Virus record (IMG/VR): IMGVR_UViG_2920580016_000002
Coordinates: 1-64,000 of that record
DNA length: 64,000 bases
Reading direction: 5' to 3' (one strand)
DNA from: a virus
Taxonomy: Duplodnaviria > Caudoviricetes
A program made the translations under genes and the position numbers. The notes under the pieces were generated by a model, which was not told the origin of the DNA, did no database searches, and saw only the letters and a program-made list of their open reading frames with translations. Of this stretch, positions 54,991-64,000 are shown piece after piece. The first letter of the stretch is position 1. Each line of letters begins with the position of its first letter.

Positions 54991-55297
54991 GGTCCTGCCG
55001 GTCCTTCACGAGCGAGTTCTTGGCCCAGTCAGACACGCCGGTCGGCTTCCACAGACCGAAGTGCGAAGCGACCGCGCCGACGAAGGCCGTGAAGGCGGTG
55101 ATGAGCGCGCTCCGCCAGTCCCAAGCGACGCCAGCGTTGACGGCGTCCAGGGCGCTGGCGACGACACCACCGGCCACCGACAGCAGCGCGAGCAGGACGG
55201 CGCGCGTGCCGCCGCTCACGCTGGCCTTGGTGACCAGGCCGACCAGGACCGGAAGGACAGTGGAAATGGCAACGGTGAGAAGCTGGACGGTATACAC
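54980..55297 (-). CDS. holin
   Basis: LP.LVGLVTK and hydrophobic helices ending VASHFGLWKPTGVS, typical of actinophage holins. Confidence 0.75.
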   Translation of the reverse strand: MYTVQLLTVAISTVLPVLVGLVTKASVSGGTRAVLLALLSVAGGVVASALDAVNAGVAWDWRSALITAFTAFVGAVASHFGLWKPTGVSDWAKNSLVKDRQDLAA

Positions 55298-55304
55298 CTG
55301 ACTC

Positions 55305-57560
55305 CTAATTGTCGAGGTACGGGATCTTCCCGAATTCCGGGAACTCGACGATGACTCCTGTTGGCGCGGATTCGTCGAGCGCCTGCTTCAGAATGTAGCT
55401 GCGGCGCGCGAAGTCTTTGTAATGGAATGTGCCGCCGGAAGCGTCGGTGTATCCGTATCTGCGCCAGAGGTCGATGTTGCCTTCCTTCCAGAAGAAGTAC
55501 GGTTCCATCGCGATTCCCTCTTCGAGAAGATGGCCTGCCACGAGGAAGTCTTCATCCCCTATCTGCGGCTGGGTGATCTGCGGTTCCCACAGCATGCGAA
55601 CTCCGCCGTCCGCAGGTGCCTGGAAGACGGTGACAATGCGCTTCCACCCTTCCCCGGCTTCCGGAGCATCGATGCCGTCGGCGTAGGAAGCGGTCTTCCC
55701 GAGCTGCGCGCCCGTGGCCGGGTTGTAGACCTTCAGGTGCAGATCATCCATCCCCTCTGACTTGTAGATGTAGGCGGAGACGGTGTACCAGGCGTTGCCG
55801 CGCAGAATGTCGTAGGAGGTGAAGATCTGCTGTTGGACATCGAGCGGGCATACCACCCATTGAGCAGACTGCGTGTCATCAGGGAACGGAGACGGCACGT
55901 CGAAAGAACTCGACTCCACGCCGTCAGCACTGATACGCAGATCGGTAGCGGCGATGTTCAACCGGTCCGGGTACACGTACGGGACCAGCGAATTGGCCAT
56001 GCGATAGAGCGTCGGTCCATTCGGGCCGGAAACTTGGACCTGGTACATGGTGAACTGCTGCCAGTTCGTGGCCGCGACATTATCGAATCGGATACCTGGT
56101 ACGACGTAGGCGGCGCGCTTCCACAGGGTGCCGTCGGAGGTCGTAACGTCCTCGGGCGCGACGAAATCGCAGTAGATCCTCACCCACTCAGCGCCGTTCG
56201 CGCCCGTATTGGTGCCGCCATTGGAGCGGGCACGGACTGACAGGAGCGGGTCCGTCTCGGTCACCCCGAAAACCGCGAAGTCAGCGAAAGCGCCAGGCGG
56301 AATTGCCTGCCCCAGGTCCAGGCTTCCGGAGGAAGACCCGATGCCATGCCCGGCCGTCTGCCCAGCGATGGCGGCGGTCAGATCACCCGTGGAAGAGCTG
56401 GTGCCGCTGGCCTGAAGCTCGGGCGGGAAGGTGAGTTCCGCACTTCCCGTGCTGCTTCCCGTGCCGGACAGCGAAATCGGGTAGGTGATGTCCAGCATCA
56501 AGCCGCCGTCGGAAGTTCCGTCGCCGACTGCGCCGATGTAGATCACCGGGTAGGCGTCGAGGCTTCCGACGGAATCGGCGCTTCCGCTGGCACCCATGGG
56601 GCCGTACGGCCACAGTGCGAGCTTTCCAGTGGAGGAGGCCGTCCCCTTGGCTTCCATGCCGACAAGATCGCCGTCCAGGGAGCCGGTGGAAGAGGCGGTG
56701 CCTGCCAGGGTCGGCAGCAGCACTGTGAAGGTATCGAGGCTTCCTGTGGAGTTGGCAGTGCCGGAAGCCTGGGCATAGGCGATGCCCAGAGTGGCCGACG
56801 CGTGCGGGGTGCCTGACCATACGTGGCCAGGCGAGTCGCCATCCACATACGCCGTCTCGACACTCCCGCGTTCGAGCTGGAGGGCGTCAAGCCAGCCGTT
56901 CGCGGTACCGCCGTTGACCTCGGGAGACCACGTTAGCTCGTAGTACGTGACCTCGTAGTATCCGGTTCCGTCGCCGGATGGGCCGACGGAACCGTAGCCG
57001 TTGATAGTGGAGTTGTACTTCGAGTTCGCGAAGCTTGTGGTGGCAGACCAATGCGATTCGTAGTCCGGGTAGTCGCTGCCGTAGAAGCGGCGGTAGTAGG
57101 GGCCGGTCTGTACCCACTCCCCGGCCTTGAAGTACGTGTTGCCCATCGCCAGCCGCGCGACCAGGCGGTTAGCTCCCGCGCGTGGGGTCAGGTTGCGCAG
57201 CGCCCATCGGCCGGTCGCCGTGACCGTGAGCGTGCCGACCTGCTGCCGCTGGGCGTTGGTCTCCTCGGGCAGCATGTCGTAGACGGTGACGATCAGCCTG
57301 TTGTAGGTGGCACCGTTGGCGGCGGCGCGCGTGATCAGGTAGCCGCTCAGGGTGAGCGGCGCGGTTCCAGGGTCGATGGCGACCGTGGTCTCCATGCCCT
57401 TGGTCTGCGTGCTCGTCGTCGAGACGGAGAGCTGGAGGCCGTAGGAGCCGATCTGCTTCTGCGTGGTGCCGCGTGTCAGGGTCGCGCCGTCGCTGCTGGC
57501 CCAGCTCGTGGTGTTCGTCTCGAAGCTGGGGTTAGTCAGATAGTTCGCGTAGACGGTCAC
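55305..57560 (-). CDS. tail fibre / minor tail protein with carbohydrate-binding-like domains and a G/S/T repeat shaft
   Basis: NYLTNPSFE, DALQLE.G...T.Y.DG and about 8 G.A.S.G.L repeats. Confidence 0.75.
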   Translation of the reverse strand: MTVYANYLTNPSFETNTTSWASSDGATLTRGTTQKQIGSYGLQLSVSTTSTQTKGMETTVAIDPGTAPLTLSGYLITRAAANGATYNRLIVTVYDMLPEETNAQRQQVGTLTVTATGRWALRNLTPRAGANRLVARLAMGNTYFKAGEWVQTGPYYRRFYGSDYPDYESHWSATTSFANSKYNSTINGYGSVGPSGDGTGYYEVTYYELTWSPEVNGGTANGWLDALQLERGSVETAYVDGDSPGHVWSGTPHASATLGIAYAQASGTANSTGSLDTFTVLLPTLAGTASSTGSLDGDLVGMEAKGTASSTGKLALWPYGPMGASGSADSVGSLDAYPVIYIGAVGDGTSDGGLMLDITYPISLSGTGSSTGSAELTFPPELQASGTSSSTGDLTAAIAGQTAGHGIGSSSGSLDLGQAIPPGAFADFAVFGVTETDPLLSVRARSNGGTNTGANGAEWVRIYCDFVAPEDVTTSDGTLWKRAAYVVPGIRFDNVAATNWQQFTMYQVQVSGPNGPTLYRMANSLVPYVYPDRLNIAATDLRISADGVESSSFDVPSPFPDDTQSAQWVVCPLDVQQQIFTSYDILRGNAWYTVSAYIYKSEGMDDLHLKVYNPATGAQLGKTASYADGIDAPEAGEGWKRIVTVFQAPADGGVRMLWEPQITQPQIGDEDFLVAGHLLEEGIAMEPYFFWKEGNIDLWRRYGYTDASGGTFHYKDFARRSYILKQALDESAPTGVIVEFPEFGKIPYLDN

Positions 57561-60016
57561 TATGCCTCCACGGCGATGCCGAATTTGGTATTGGCCTGGT
57601 TGAAAGTGCTTGTCGCCGTGGCGACCTGCACGCCGTTGCGAAGCACGGTGATCGACGTACCGCTAGCCTTGACGGTCAGCCGGTCGCCGTCCTTGACCGG
57701 CGTGGAGTAGGTGACGAGGTCCGTGATCGCCGCGCCGTTGACCGTCTGTACCTTGGTCCTGGTCGCGCGGATGTAGCTCGTGGTGCTGGCGGCCCGGAGG
57801 ATGAGCGCCTGCACCATGCCCGTGGGTGCGTTGGTGGAGAAGGTGGCGGCCACCGTGGCGTTACCGCTGCCGTAGTCGAGCAGGGCAAAGGATCGCGCGG
57901 CCGGATCGGTGGGGCGGACGACGCCGTACAGATAGGAGTCGCGCTGGAAGCCGAGCATGCCATCGCCCACACTCCAGACCTTGCTGCCGTACTCGGTGGT
58001 CCGCCCGGACAGACGGCTGAGGGCTGAGATACCAGTGGGAGTGATCTTCATGCTCGGTGCGGAGGCATGGCCGATGGTTGAGCTGAGGGCCAACGTACCG
58101 CCATAGGTCATGTGCCAGTTGCCCACGCCGCTGGAGAAGGTGCTGTTGGGGTTGATCGGCACCGTGGGCGCGGCGGTGGTGGCGAGCTGGATCTCATCGA
58201 CGTAGAGCGGCTGCGTCTGGACCGCGCCGCCCTTGTAAATGATCACCATCTCGGCCTGTGCGGCTCCGGCCGGTGCGTTCACTGACCCTGTGGTGACCTG
58301 TGTCCACGTCGCCAGCGCCGGAGTGATACCGACGATCGTGGAACTGATGTAGCCGCCCGCGCTGGTGAGCCAGTTGATGAACAGCTCCAGGTACAGGGAG
58401 CTGGACGGCTGGTAGAGCCACGCGGTTCCGGTGTAGGCGGTGCCTGCGGTGACAGGGAATCGGTCACAGACAACCATGGTGGTGTCGGTGACATGGTGGG
58501 TGGTGAAGGTGTCCAGCACGCGAGTGTCCGTCGCCGCCCCGAATTCGCGGCCCAGGAATGCGCCGCGCTCGTCGTAGAACTCCGCGTACACCTGTGCCGG
58601 GTTTACCGGCTTCGAGGTCGCCGTGTGCGGCTGGTGGGTGTAGGCGCTCAGGGTCAGCCTGACGCGCGTGTCGGTGCCGACCACCTGCCAGCGGTCGGAG
58701 ATGCGCGGCGCGACGCCGAGACGGCCAGGCCGCACAGCCGTATACAGCCGTCCCTGGAAGGTCACCAGAGAGCCAGCCGGATACTCAGTCGTGGCGTCCC
58801 ATGGCTGCGGCTTGGGGATGGGGATGCCGTGCGTGATCGCCGTCAGCGGCTTGACGGGCTGCCCGGCCGCCTCGGGCAGGCAGCGAGCGCCGATGTTGGC
58901 AGCAGCCGTGTGGTTGTTCTTCACTGTCACGGCATTGATGCTCAGGTGGGTTTCGAGCGGCTTTGGAGCGCCCAGCACCAGTTCCGTGGCGATCTTGTCA
59001 TCTGTCGTCACGCTGAACGCCTGTGGTGCCCATCCGTGCTGGGACCGGCTGGTCGGATCGTAGGCCGCCGTCGCTGCGTCGAGCACGAGCAGCGGGTCCC
59101 ACCAGGTGTTGCTCACGCGCTCGCCAGCGGGCGGCATCTGCGCATATCCGGTGGCTCCGGCGACCTTGCAGACGAAGTGCGCGCCCTCCAACTCAACGCG
59201 GTCGCCTACCTTGTAGATGATCGTCGGGTCCCACTCGCGTGGGCGGGGGTTGAGCATCTGGGAGCGGTCGGCCGTGAGCATGAGATTCGGTGACGGGCGC
59301 AGGGCGAGATCCCAGCCGGACGCGGCTCGCGCCTCGGCGATCATCGCGTCCATGGTGCCGCGCCGGGCCAGAAGGCTTGCGGCGTCGCGGACGAAGGCTC
59401 GCTTGCGTGCGCCGGACAGGCCGGGATAGGCGGGCAAGCCGAACTGCTGGATGAGAAGGTCGATACTTCCGATGTGCGCGAACGCCGGGTCCTGGCTGCG
59501 CCATGCGGCGGCGAAGGACGTGCGGACCTTATCCAGGCCCCACCCGATCAGCCCCAGATACCGCATGAGGGTCGAGTTGGTGTCGGCTTCGAGGTCGAGC
59601 CGGTTTCCTCGCATGATCTGGTAGTGGATCGGCAGACGCGACCACAGCCATGCCGCGCTCTTCATGTCGGCGATGTGCAGGCATGAGGCTGTGGCCGCCC
59701 ACATCCACTGCCCGCCGAGCTGGAGGAACGCGGAGTAGTAGACGAAATGGCCGGGGGCTACGTAGATGTCGTTGTAGGAGTTCTCCGGTGTTTCCGAATC
59801 GAGCAGGATTTCGCCGTCGATCTCCGAGACGGGGTAACCCCACCGGTTCTTCAGCAGCCGGAAGCGCGTGAACTCGCCGGTTGGCGGATCCCAGGTGATG
59901 TGAACGGTCCGGTAGTCGCGGCTGTAGGCGATGAAGGAGTCCGGATTGAAGTTCGGCAGGTCCGGCTCAGGGCCGTAAAACCTGGTGCCGTAGTTATGCG
60001 TTAGATAGATGGCCAA
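57560..60016 (-). CDS. baseplate/tail protein (P2 gpI-like domain, CBM-like and chitin-binding-type repeats)
   Basis: FN3-like N-terminus, L.RYL..IG..LD, ..RRGT, WD....Y..G..V repeats. Confidence 0.72.
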   Translation of the reverse strand: MAIYLTHNYGTRFYGPEPDLPNFNPDSFIAYSRDYRTVHITWDPPTGEFTRFRLLKNRWGYPVSEIDGEILLDSETPENSYNDIYVAPGHFVYYSAFLQLGGQWMWAATASCLHIADMKSAAWLWSRLPIHYQIMRGNRLDLEADTNSTLMRYLGLIGWGLDKVRTSFAAAWRSQDPAFAHIGSIDLLIQQFGLPAYPGLSGARKRAFVRDAASLLARRGTMDAMIAEARAASGWDLALRPSPNLMLTADRSQMLNPRPREWDPTIIYKVGDRVELEGAHFVCKVAGATGYAQMPPAGERVSNTWWDPLLVLDAATAAYDPTSRSQHGWAPQAFSVTTDDKIATELVLGAPKPLETHLSINAVTVKNNHTAAANIGARCLPEAAGQPVKPLTAITHGIPIPKPQPWDATTEYPAGSLVTFQGRLYTAVRPGRLGVAPRISDRWQVVGTDTRVRLTLSAYTHQPHTATSKPVNPAQVYAEFYDERGAFLGREFGAATDTRVLDTFTTHHVTDTTMVVCDRFPVTAGTAYTGTAWLYQPSSSLYLELFINWLTSAGGYISSTIVGITPALATWTQVTTGSVNAPAGAAQAEMVIIYKGGAVQTQPLYVDEIQLATTAAPTVPINPNSTFSSGVGNWHMTYGGTLALSSTIGHASAPSMKITPTGISALSRLSGRTTEYGSKVWSVGDGMLGFQRDSYLYGVVRPTDPAARSFALLDYGSGNATVAATFSTNAPTGMVQALILRAASTTSYIRATRTKVQTVNGAAITDLVTYSTPVKDGDRLTVKASGTSITVLRNGVQVATATSTFNQANTKFGIAVEA

Positions 60017-61008
60017 TGGATTCCGCTTTCTACAACGTTATCGGCAGTTGTCCAGGCTCCGCGCCAGCCGGTCATCTGGTACCACAGCTCGTCCCGGTAT
60101 TCCATGACCTCGTCCAGCGTCGAGAATTCCGGGTGCGGGGACAGGTCGTAGAACCGATGCGAGTTGTCGATGATCTGAATCCGCGACAACGCCGAACCGC
60201 CTCGCGCGATATCAACGCGAGGAACCTGCCGCAATCCCTCGTATGTGCAGTACACGGTGTAGCGGCATTCGTCCGGCGGCGGGATGGGGATGCAGACTGG
60301 TGGTCGATCGCCCGGCACCTGGTCGGGCAGTGGGTCAAAAGGGACCGACTCACCCTCTCCCTTGTACTCGTTGCACCGGACCAGATGGGCTCGCAGATAG
60401 CAGTGCGCATCCAGCTCGCGCGTGGACGCATTCAGGTTCGTGCGGATTCCCATGCTGATCCGCGTGCCCTTGTCGAGCGTCTCCGTCCACGTGATGTGCT
60501 GGTGCAGGGCGCTGCGGTTATGGCTGCCCTCTTCCAGGACATGGCGCACGCCGATGTCATTGCCGTTGACTTCCAGGCGCAGCAGCCGGATCGCCTCATA
60601 GCGCTGTGTATCGTTGTTGGCCTGCCAGTCAACTTTGATGGTGAAGCACCACAAGCCGGATTCATTGAGCCGAATTCCGGTGCCGGTGCTCATGCCGAAA
60701 GGATCTTCGTCGGCGCGCAAGGTCGGCCGCTGCCAGATGTTCGGAGTCACGTCGAACTCGCGGATGCTTCCCCGGAAGTAGGGAACGTGCTCGCCTCGCG
60801 CCACTGACTGAATGCGGGCAGCGACAGTCCCGTGATCCGGCGTGAGGCCGCCAGGGTTGTTCGTGGCGCGCTGCGGCACGATTCCAAGCGTTCGCTGAAT
60901 CGCCTCGATTTCTTCCTGGACGCGATTCATGTGGTCGGCCCACACGATATCGACGTAGTTGCGCTTGGTCGTCCATACGGGGATGGACTGTGGGTATGAA
61001 GCGGTCAC
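60001..61008 (-). CDS. tail/baseplate-associated protein, paralog of 61018-61995
   Basis: Shared N-terminus (YP..W.TKR...N..Q.E..AI.RTLG..PQRATNNP). Confidence 0.7.
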   Translation of the reverse strand: MTASYPQSIPVWTTKRNYVDIVWADHMNRVQEEIEAIQRTLGIVPQRATNNPGGLTPDHGTVAARIQSVARGEHVPYFRGSIREFDVTPNIWQRPTLRADEDPFGMSTGTGIRLNESGLWCFTIKVDWQANNDTQRYEAIRLLRLEVNGNDIGVRHVLEEGSHNRSALHQHITWTETLDKGTRISMGIRTNLNASTRELDAHCYLRAHLVRCNEYKGEGESVPFDPLPDQVPGDRPPVCIPIPPPDECRYTVYCTYEGLRQVPRVDIARGGSALSRIQIIDNSHRFYDLSPHPEFSTLDEVMEYRDELWYQMTGWRGAWTTADNVVESGIHWPSI

Positions 61009-61017
61009 AGTGCTTTC

Positions 61018-61995
61018 CTAAAAGCCGTAATGGACATAGCCGGGGAACCCCGTACGGAGATCGATATTGGAGTGCGTCCCGTCCCACCTGCCCGAATAGA
61101 GTGTGCCAGCGTTGGGAGACCTGTGGATTTCTACGACATTGCCGCACGAGTCGTAGGTGGCGCTGGTATTCAGATAGGGATGCCATCGAATGCTGTAGGG
61201 CTGCCCACATGGCCCTTGCGGCTGATAGCCGGTGTGATTGAGGCAGCCGTCATCCGGATAATGCTCCTGGCATCCGTCATCTGGAGGAGGCGGCGGAGGA
61301 GGCGGCGGATCAGGATCGAAGTTCGGGTTGGGCAGGCCAGGCCCACCCTGTCTCAGGCATCGCACCAAATGCGCGCGAAGATAGACGTTGACCGGCTCCA
61401 CGATGCGCTCGGTGTCGGCGAGAATCGCGTGCAACGCAACGGTGATATCCGTGCCCTCCACGAGGTTTTCTTGCCACGTGACCGTGGTGGTCATGGAGTC
61501 GCGGTTTTTGTCGCTCTCCAGGAGAACGTCACGCAGGCCAACATCGCGCTGATTGATCTCCAGCGACAGCATGCGGGAGGTGATCTGCCGCTGGGACGCT
61601 GAGGTGGCCAGCCAGTCAGCTTTGGCCGTGATCATCCAATAGCCCGTCTGGTTGATCCGGAAGCCCGTGTTGTGCGCCATGCCGTGGGTGTCTTCAACGG
61701 CGGTGAGGCGCGGCCGGAAATACTCGTTGGGGATCACTTGAGCGCCGATGTGTGTTCCCCGGTAGGCGATCATCGGCTCGCCACGGGCGGAGGCCAGGAT
61801 GCGAGCGGTCACCGTGCCGTAGTCGGGCGTCCTGCGGGCCGGGTTGTTGGTGGCCCGCTGCGGCATCAGGCCCAGCGTCCGCTCAATCGCCGCCAGCTCG
61901 TCTTGCGTCTGGTTGAAGTTCGCGGCGAAGATCGGATCCTGGAAGTCCCTCTTCGTGCTCCAGCCGCGCAGCGCTGCGGGATAGGTGGCTGGCAT
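61018..61995 (-). CDS. tail/baseplate-associated protein, paralog of 60001-61008
   Basis: Same N-terminal motif; jelly-roll-like middle and poly-Pro linker. Confidence 0.7.
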   Translation of the reverse strand: MPATYPAALRGWSTKRDFQDPIFAANFNQTQDELAAIERTLGLMPQRATNNPARRTPDYGTVTARILASARGEPMIAYRGTHIGAQVIPNEYFRPRLTAVEDTHGMAHNTGFRINQTGYWMITAKADWLATSASQRQITSRMLSLEINQRDVGLRDVLLESDKNRDSMTTTVTWQENLVEGTDITVALHAILADTERIVEPVNVYLRAHLVRCLRQGGPGLPNPNFDPDPPPPPPPPPDDGCQEHYPDDGCLNHTGYQPQGPCGQPYSIRWHPYLNTSATYDSCGNVVEIHRSPNAGTLYSGRWDGTHSNIDLRTGFPGYVHYGF

Positions 61996-63458
61996 CAGAC
62001 CACCCCGCCCGAGGTCGCCATGGTGATGGTGCCGAGCTGGGGCAGCTCGTAGGCGGCCATGACCGCGTCGGCCAGCACCGTCTGCGCGGCGTCGTGCCTG
62101 GCCAGTACCGGGATGGTGATGTTGACGACGCCGGGGATCGCGGTGAGCGCGCCGTAGACCTCGCCGATCGTGATCCGGCTGCCGAAGCCGTTGTCCGGGC
62201 TGTTGACCAAGCTCGTGAGGGTGTTGCGGACGTTGGTCTCCACCTGGAAACGGCGGTATGTCGGGGCCACGGTGAGCTGCATCGGAGTCGCCTCCGACCC
62301 GAAATTGACCTTGATGATCGTCGGGCCTTGGACGTTGACGCGCACACCGGCCGCGCTCGCGGAGGTGAGCTGCGCCGTCACGGAGTTGATCAGATCCACG
62401 CTCGGGGTCGTCCGGCCAGGACCGGCGATGTAGACAACCACGGAGCTGCTGACGTTGCTCACCGCATTGGCCGCGCTGACGCCGGGTACCGTGAGCGCGA
62501 TCTTGCTGTAGTCGGCCAGCGTGATCGCACGGCCGAAAGCCGCATACGCGAGCGAGGCGTTACGCCGGATCTCCTCGATATCCTCGCGGTCGCCGCCGCC
62601 GACCATGGCCGTGGAGATCGGCGCACCCGCCGTGTCCGTGGCGATCGTGACGCCGTCAACGCCATCGGACATGGTCCAGATCTGGCCTGCGCCGAGATTT
62701 CCGTTGCGGCCCTCGCCGCTTCGATAGGTGGCGTAGACGCGGCTGCCGAGCGGAGGAATCATGCCGTTGACGCCGTCGCCGAAGTAAATGCTGGTGGTCC
62801 CCTCAGGGTCCGGCCGGACTGTGAAAACGGGGTCAGTCGGGCCGGAGTAGATCATCCGGGCGACGTAGGTCCACTCGATATCCGCGTACGGCGCTTCGAC
62901 GTGGACGCGGATGCTGCCGTCGATCACCCCGATATTTGGGATGGCGAATCGCTGAAGCTCGGTGCCGTCCGAGGCTCCGAGCAGCAGCTTGGTCGTGGTC
63001 CGGCCTTCGGCCACGGGGACCTGGACCGTGCCGCCGTTGGCGGGAACGGTGACGTCCTGCGTGGACTCGAAGCGCAGGACGCCGTCGATCGCCTCCAGGT
63101 AGCGTGACGCGAAGCCTGTGCCTTTGGGGACGGTGACGGCCGGGCCGTCCGGATCGGTGACGAGAGTGACAGTGCCGGTGGCGGGAGTGGCGTTGTGCGC
63201 GACATAGCCGAGCACGTCGGCGATGGTCATGACCGCGTGCATCGTGGTCGCCGTAGGCAGGTAGCTCTCCGCCAGCAGGCGATCGATGCTGTAGTTGTTC
63301 AGGTCGGCGGCATGCGAGAACAATTCCGCCAACACAACGCCAAAGTCTGCCTCTGACCTGCTGGTCCATTCCGGGAGCAGGATCTCGGCGTGCCGCAGGA
63401 GGTCTCTCTTGATCTCCTGGTAGTCGGCGCTGGTGTAGTCGATGGGGACGTCAGCCAC
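61995..63458 (-). CDS. baseplate J-like wedge protein
   Basis: IDYT..DY..I...PEWT....DFG.VL.ELF, FGDG..G.IPP, GG.D.E..E.IR and RA.T..DY. Confidence 0.9.
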   Translation of the reverse strand: MADVPIDYTSADYQEIKRDLLRHAEILLPEWTSRSEADFGVVLAELFSHAADLNNYSIDRLLAESYLPTATTMHAVMTIADVLGYVAHNATPATGTVTLVTDPDGPAVTVPKGTGFASRYLEAIDGVLRFESTQDVTVPANGGTVQVPVAEGRTTTKLLLGASDGTELQRFAIPNIGVIDGSIRVHVEAPYADIEWTYVARMIYSGPTDPVFTVRPDPEGTTSIYFGDGVNGMIPPLGSRVYATYRSGEGRNGNLGAGQIWTMSDGVDGVTIATDTAGAPISTAMVGGGDREDIEEIRRNASLAYAAFGRAITLADYSKIALTVPGVSAANAVSNVSSSVVVYIAGPGRTTPSVDLINSVTAQLTSASAAGVRVNVQGPTIIKVNFGSEATPMQLTVAPTYRRFQVETNVRNTLTSLVNSPDNGFGSRITIGEVYGALTAIPGVVNITIPVLARHDAAQTVLADAVMAAYELPQLGTITMATSGGVV

Positions 63459-63870
63459 GCAGGCGCTCCCGCAGTCGGCCGCGCGAGTCGATCGACGCGG
63501 TATGGATGGAGCGCGCCAGCCCGTCAGGGGAGTCGGGCGCGTCGGTGCGCGTGTAGCGGATGTCGATGACGGCGATGCTCTGCTGGTCGGCCTTCGGGAT
63601 CGGCTTGACGTCGTTGACGATCACGCCGGGTTCCCACATCGCCATCTGCGCCTTCGTGCGTTCGGTCAGCTCGACCGCGACCAGGCCGCCGCCCGGCTCG
63701 AAGATGTAGTCGTTCACGGGCACGCCGAACTGAGGCAGCATCACCCTCTCCTCGGGCTCAGTGCCGACGACCGTGACGATCCTCTGGACGATCTGCTTGG
63801 CCGGGTCATGGGTGGTGGCGATGCCGCCGTCCGCGCCGATCCGGAAGGGCAAGTCCATCGCTACCGGCAT
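63451..63870 (-). CDS. baseplate wedge subunit, gp25/GPW-like
   Basis: LPFRI...G, T.P.ERVM.P.FG and WEP.V.V. Confidence 0.88.
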   Translation of the reverse strand: MPVAMDLPFRIGADGGIATTHDPAKQIVQRIVTVVGTEPEERVMLPQFGVPVNDYIFEPGGGLVAVELTERTKAQMAMWEPGVIVNDVKPIPKADQQSIAVIDIRYTRTDAPDSPDGLARSIHTASIDSRGRLRERLRG

Positions 63871-64000
63871 CAGGACGCCCCGTACTGACCCCAGCCGATA
63901 GCCTCTCCCGGTTTGGGAGACGCATCCTGGCCAGGAGCGGACTCCGCTGGACGGTACAGGAGCACGAGCGTCTCCAGCTCGCGAATCCGCGCGTGCGCGG

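Larger units (their letters stand above)
2350..63922. repeat. dispersed 17-bp asymmetric motif CGTYTMYYWAACCGGGA, 12 copies
   Basis: (-)2350, (+)5687, 6052, 6465, 7733, 9636, 14081, (-)28654, 35542, 49852, 52886, 63906. Confidence 0.85.

Noticed and set aside
1-64000. Prophage/integration, IS elements, DGR or retron
   Set aside because: No integrase, transposase or reverse transcriptase motifs and no host-gene flank seen in this window

Overview
The window is part of a large, high-GC actinobacteriophage genome with a contractile tail (baseplate J and gp25-like wedge genes). Its layout recalls Bxz1-like myoviruses of actinomycetes. No integrase, CRISPR array, tRNA or transposase was seen. Layout: (i) 1-2850, a leftward block of small genes; (ii) about 2850-5340, a gene-poor divergent region with an AT-rich palindromic patch; (iii) 5340-21554, a rightward early/accessory block of about 39 mostly small genes (DUF932, HhH-like, DpdA/TGT-like, ArdA, DUF2786, RHH and wHTH regulators) ending at a bidirectional terminator; (iv) 21635-63870, a leftward block with a second TGT-like protein, nucleotidyltransferase, endolysin, SpoVS, RuvC, dNMP kinase, 3'-5' exoribonuclease, ThyX, Cas4-like nuclease, WhiB, RecA, class II RNR, Pol A, SSB, SNF2 helicase, primase, DnaB, DnaC-like loader, replication initiator, holins and tail/baseplate genes. 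The most striking signal is non-coding and points to an RNA-level control layer over the early genes. Three complete type II hammerhead ribozymes lie in early intergenic spacers. About 17 early genes share a CACACAGAAAGG(CGG) leader/RBS. A near-perfect antisense copy of that leader lies in the 3' UTR of ruvC just before an intrinsic terminator, a candidate trans-acting early shut-off sRNA. Two further pairs of conserved structured spacer elements occur, and a 17-bp asymmetric motif (CGTYTMYYWAACCGGGA) is present 12 times, always co-oriented with transcription. All structures were derived by eye, with no folding or database search run.
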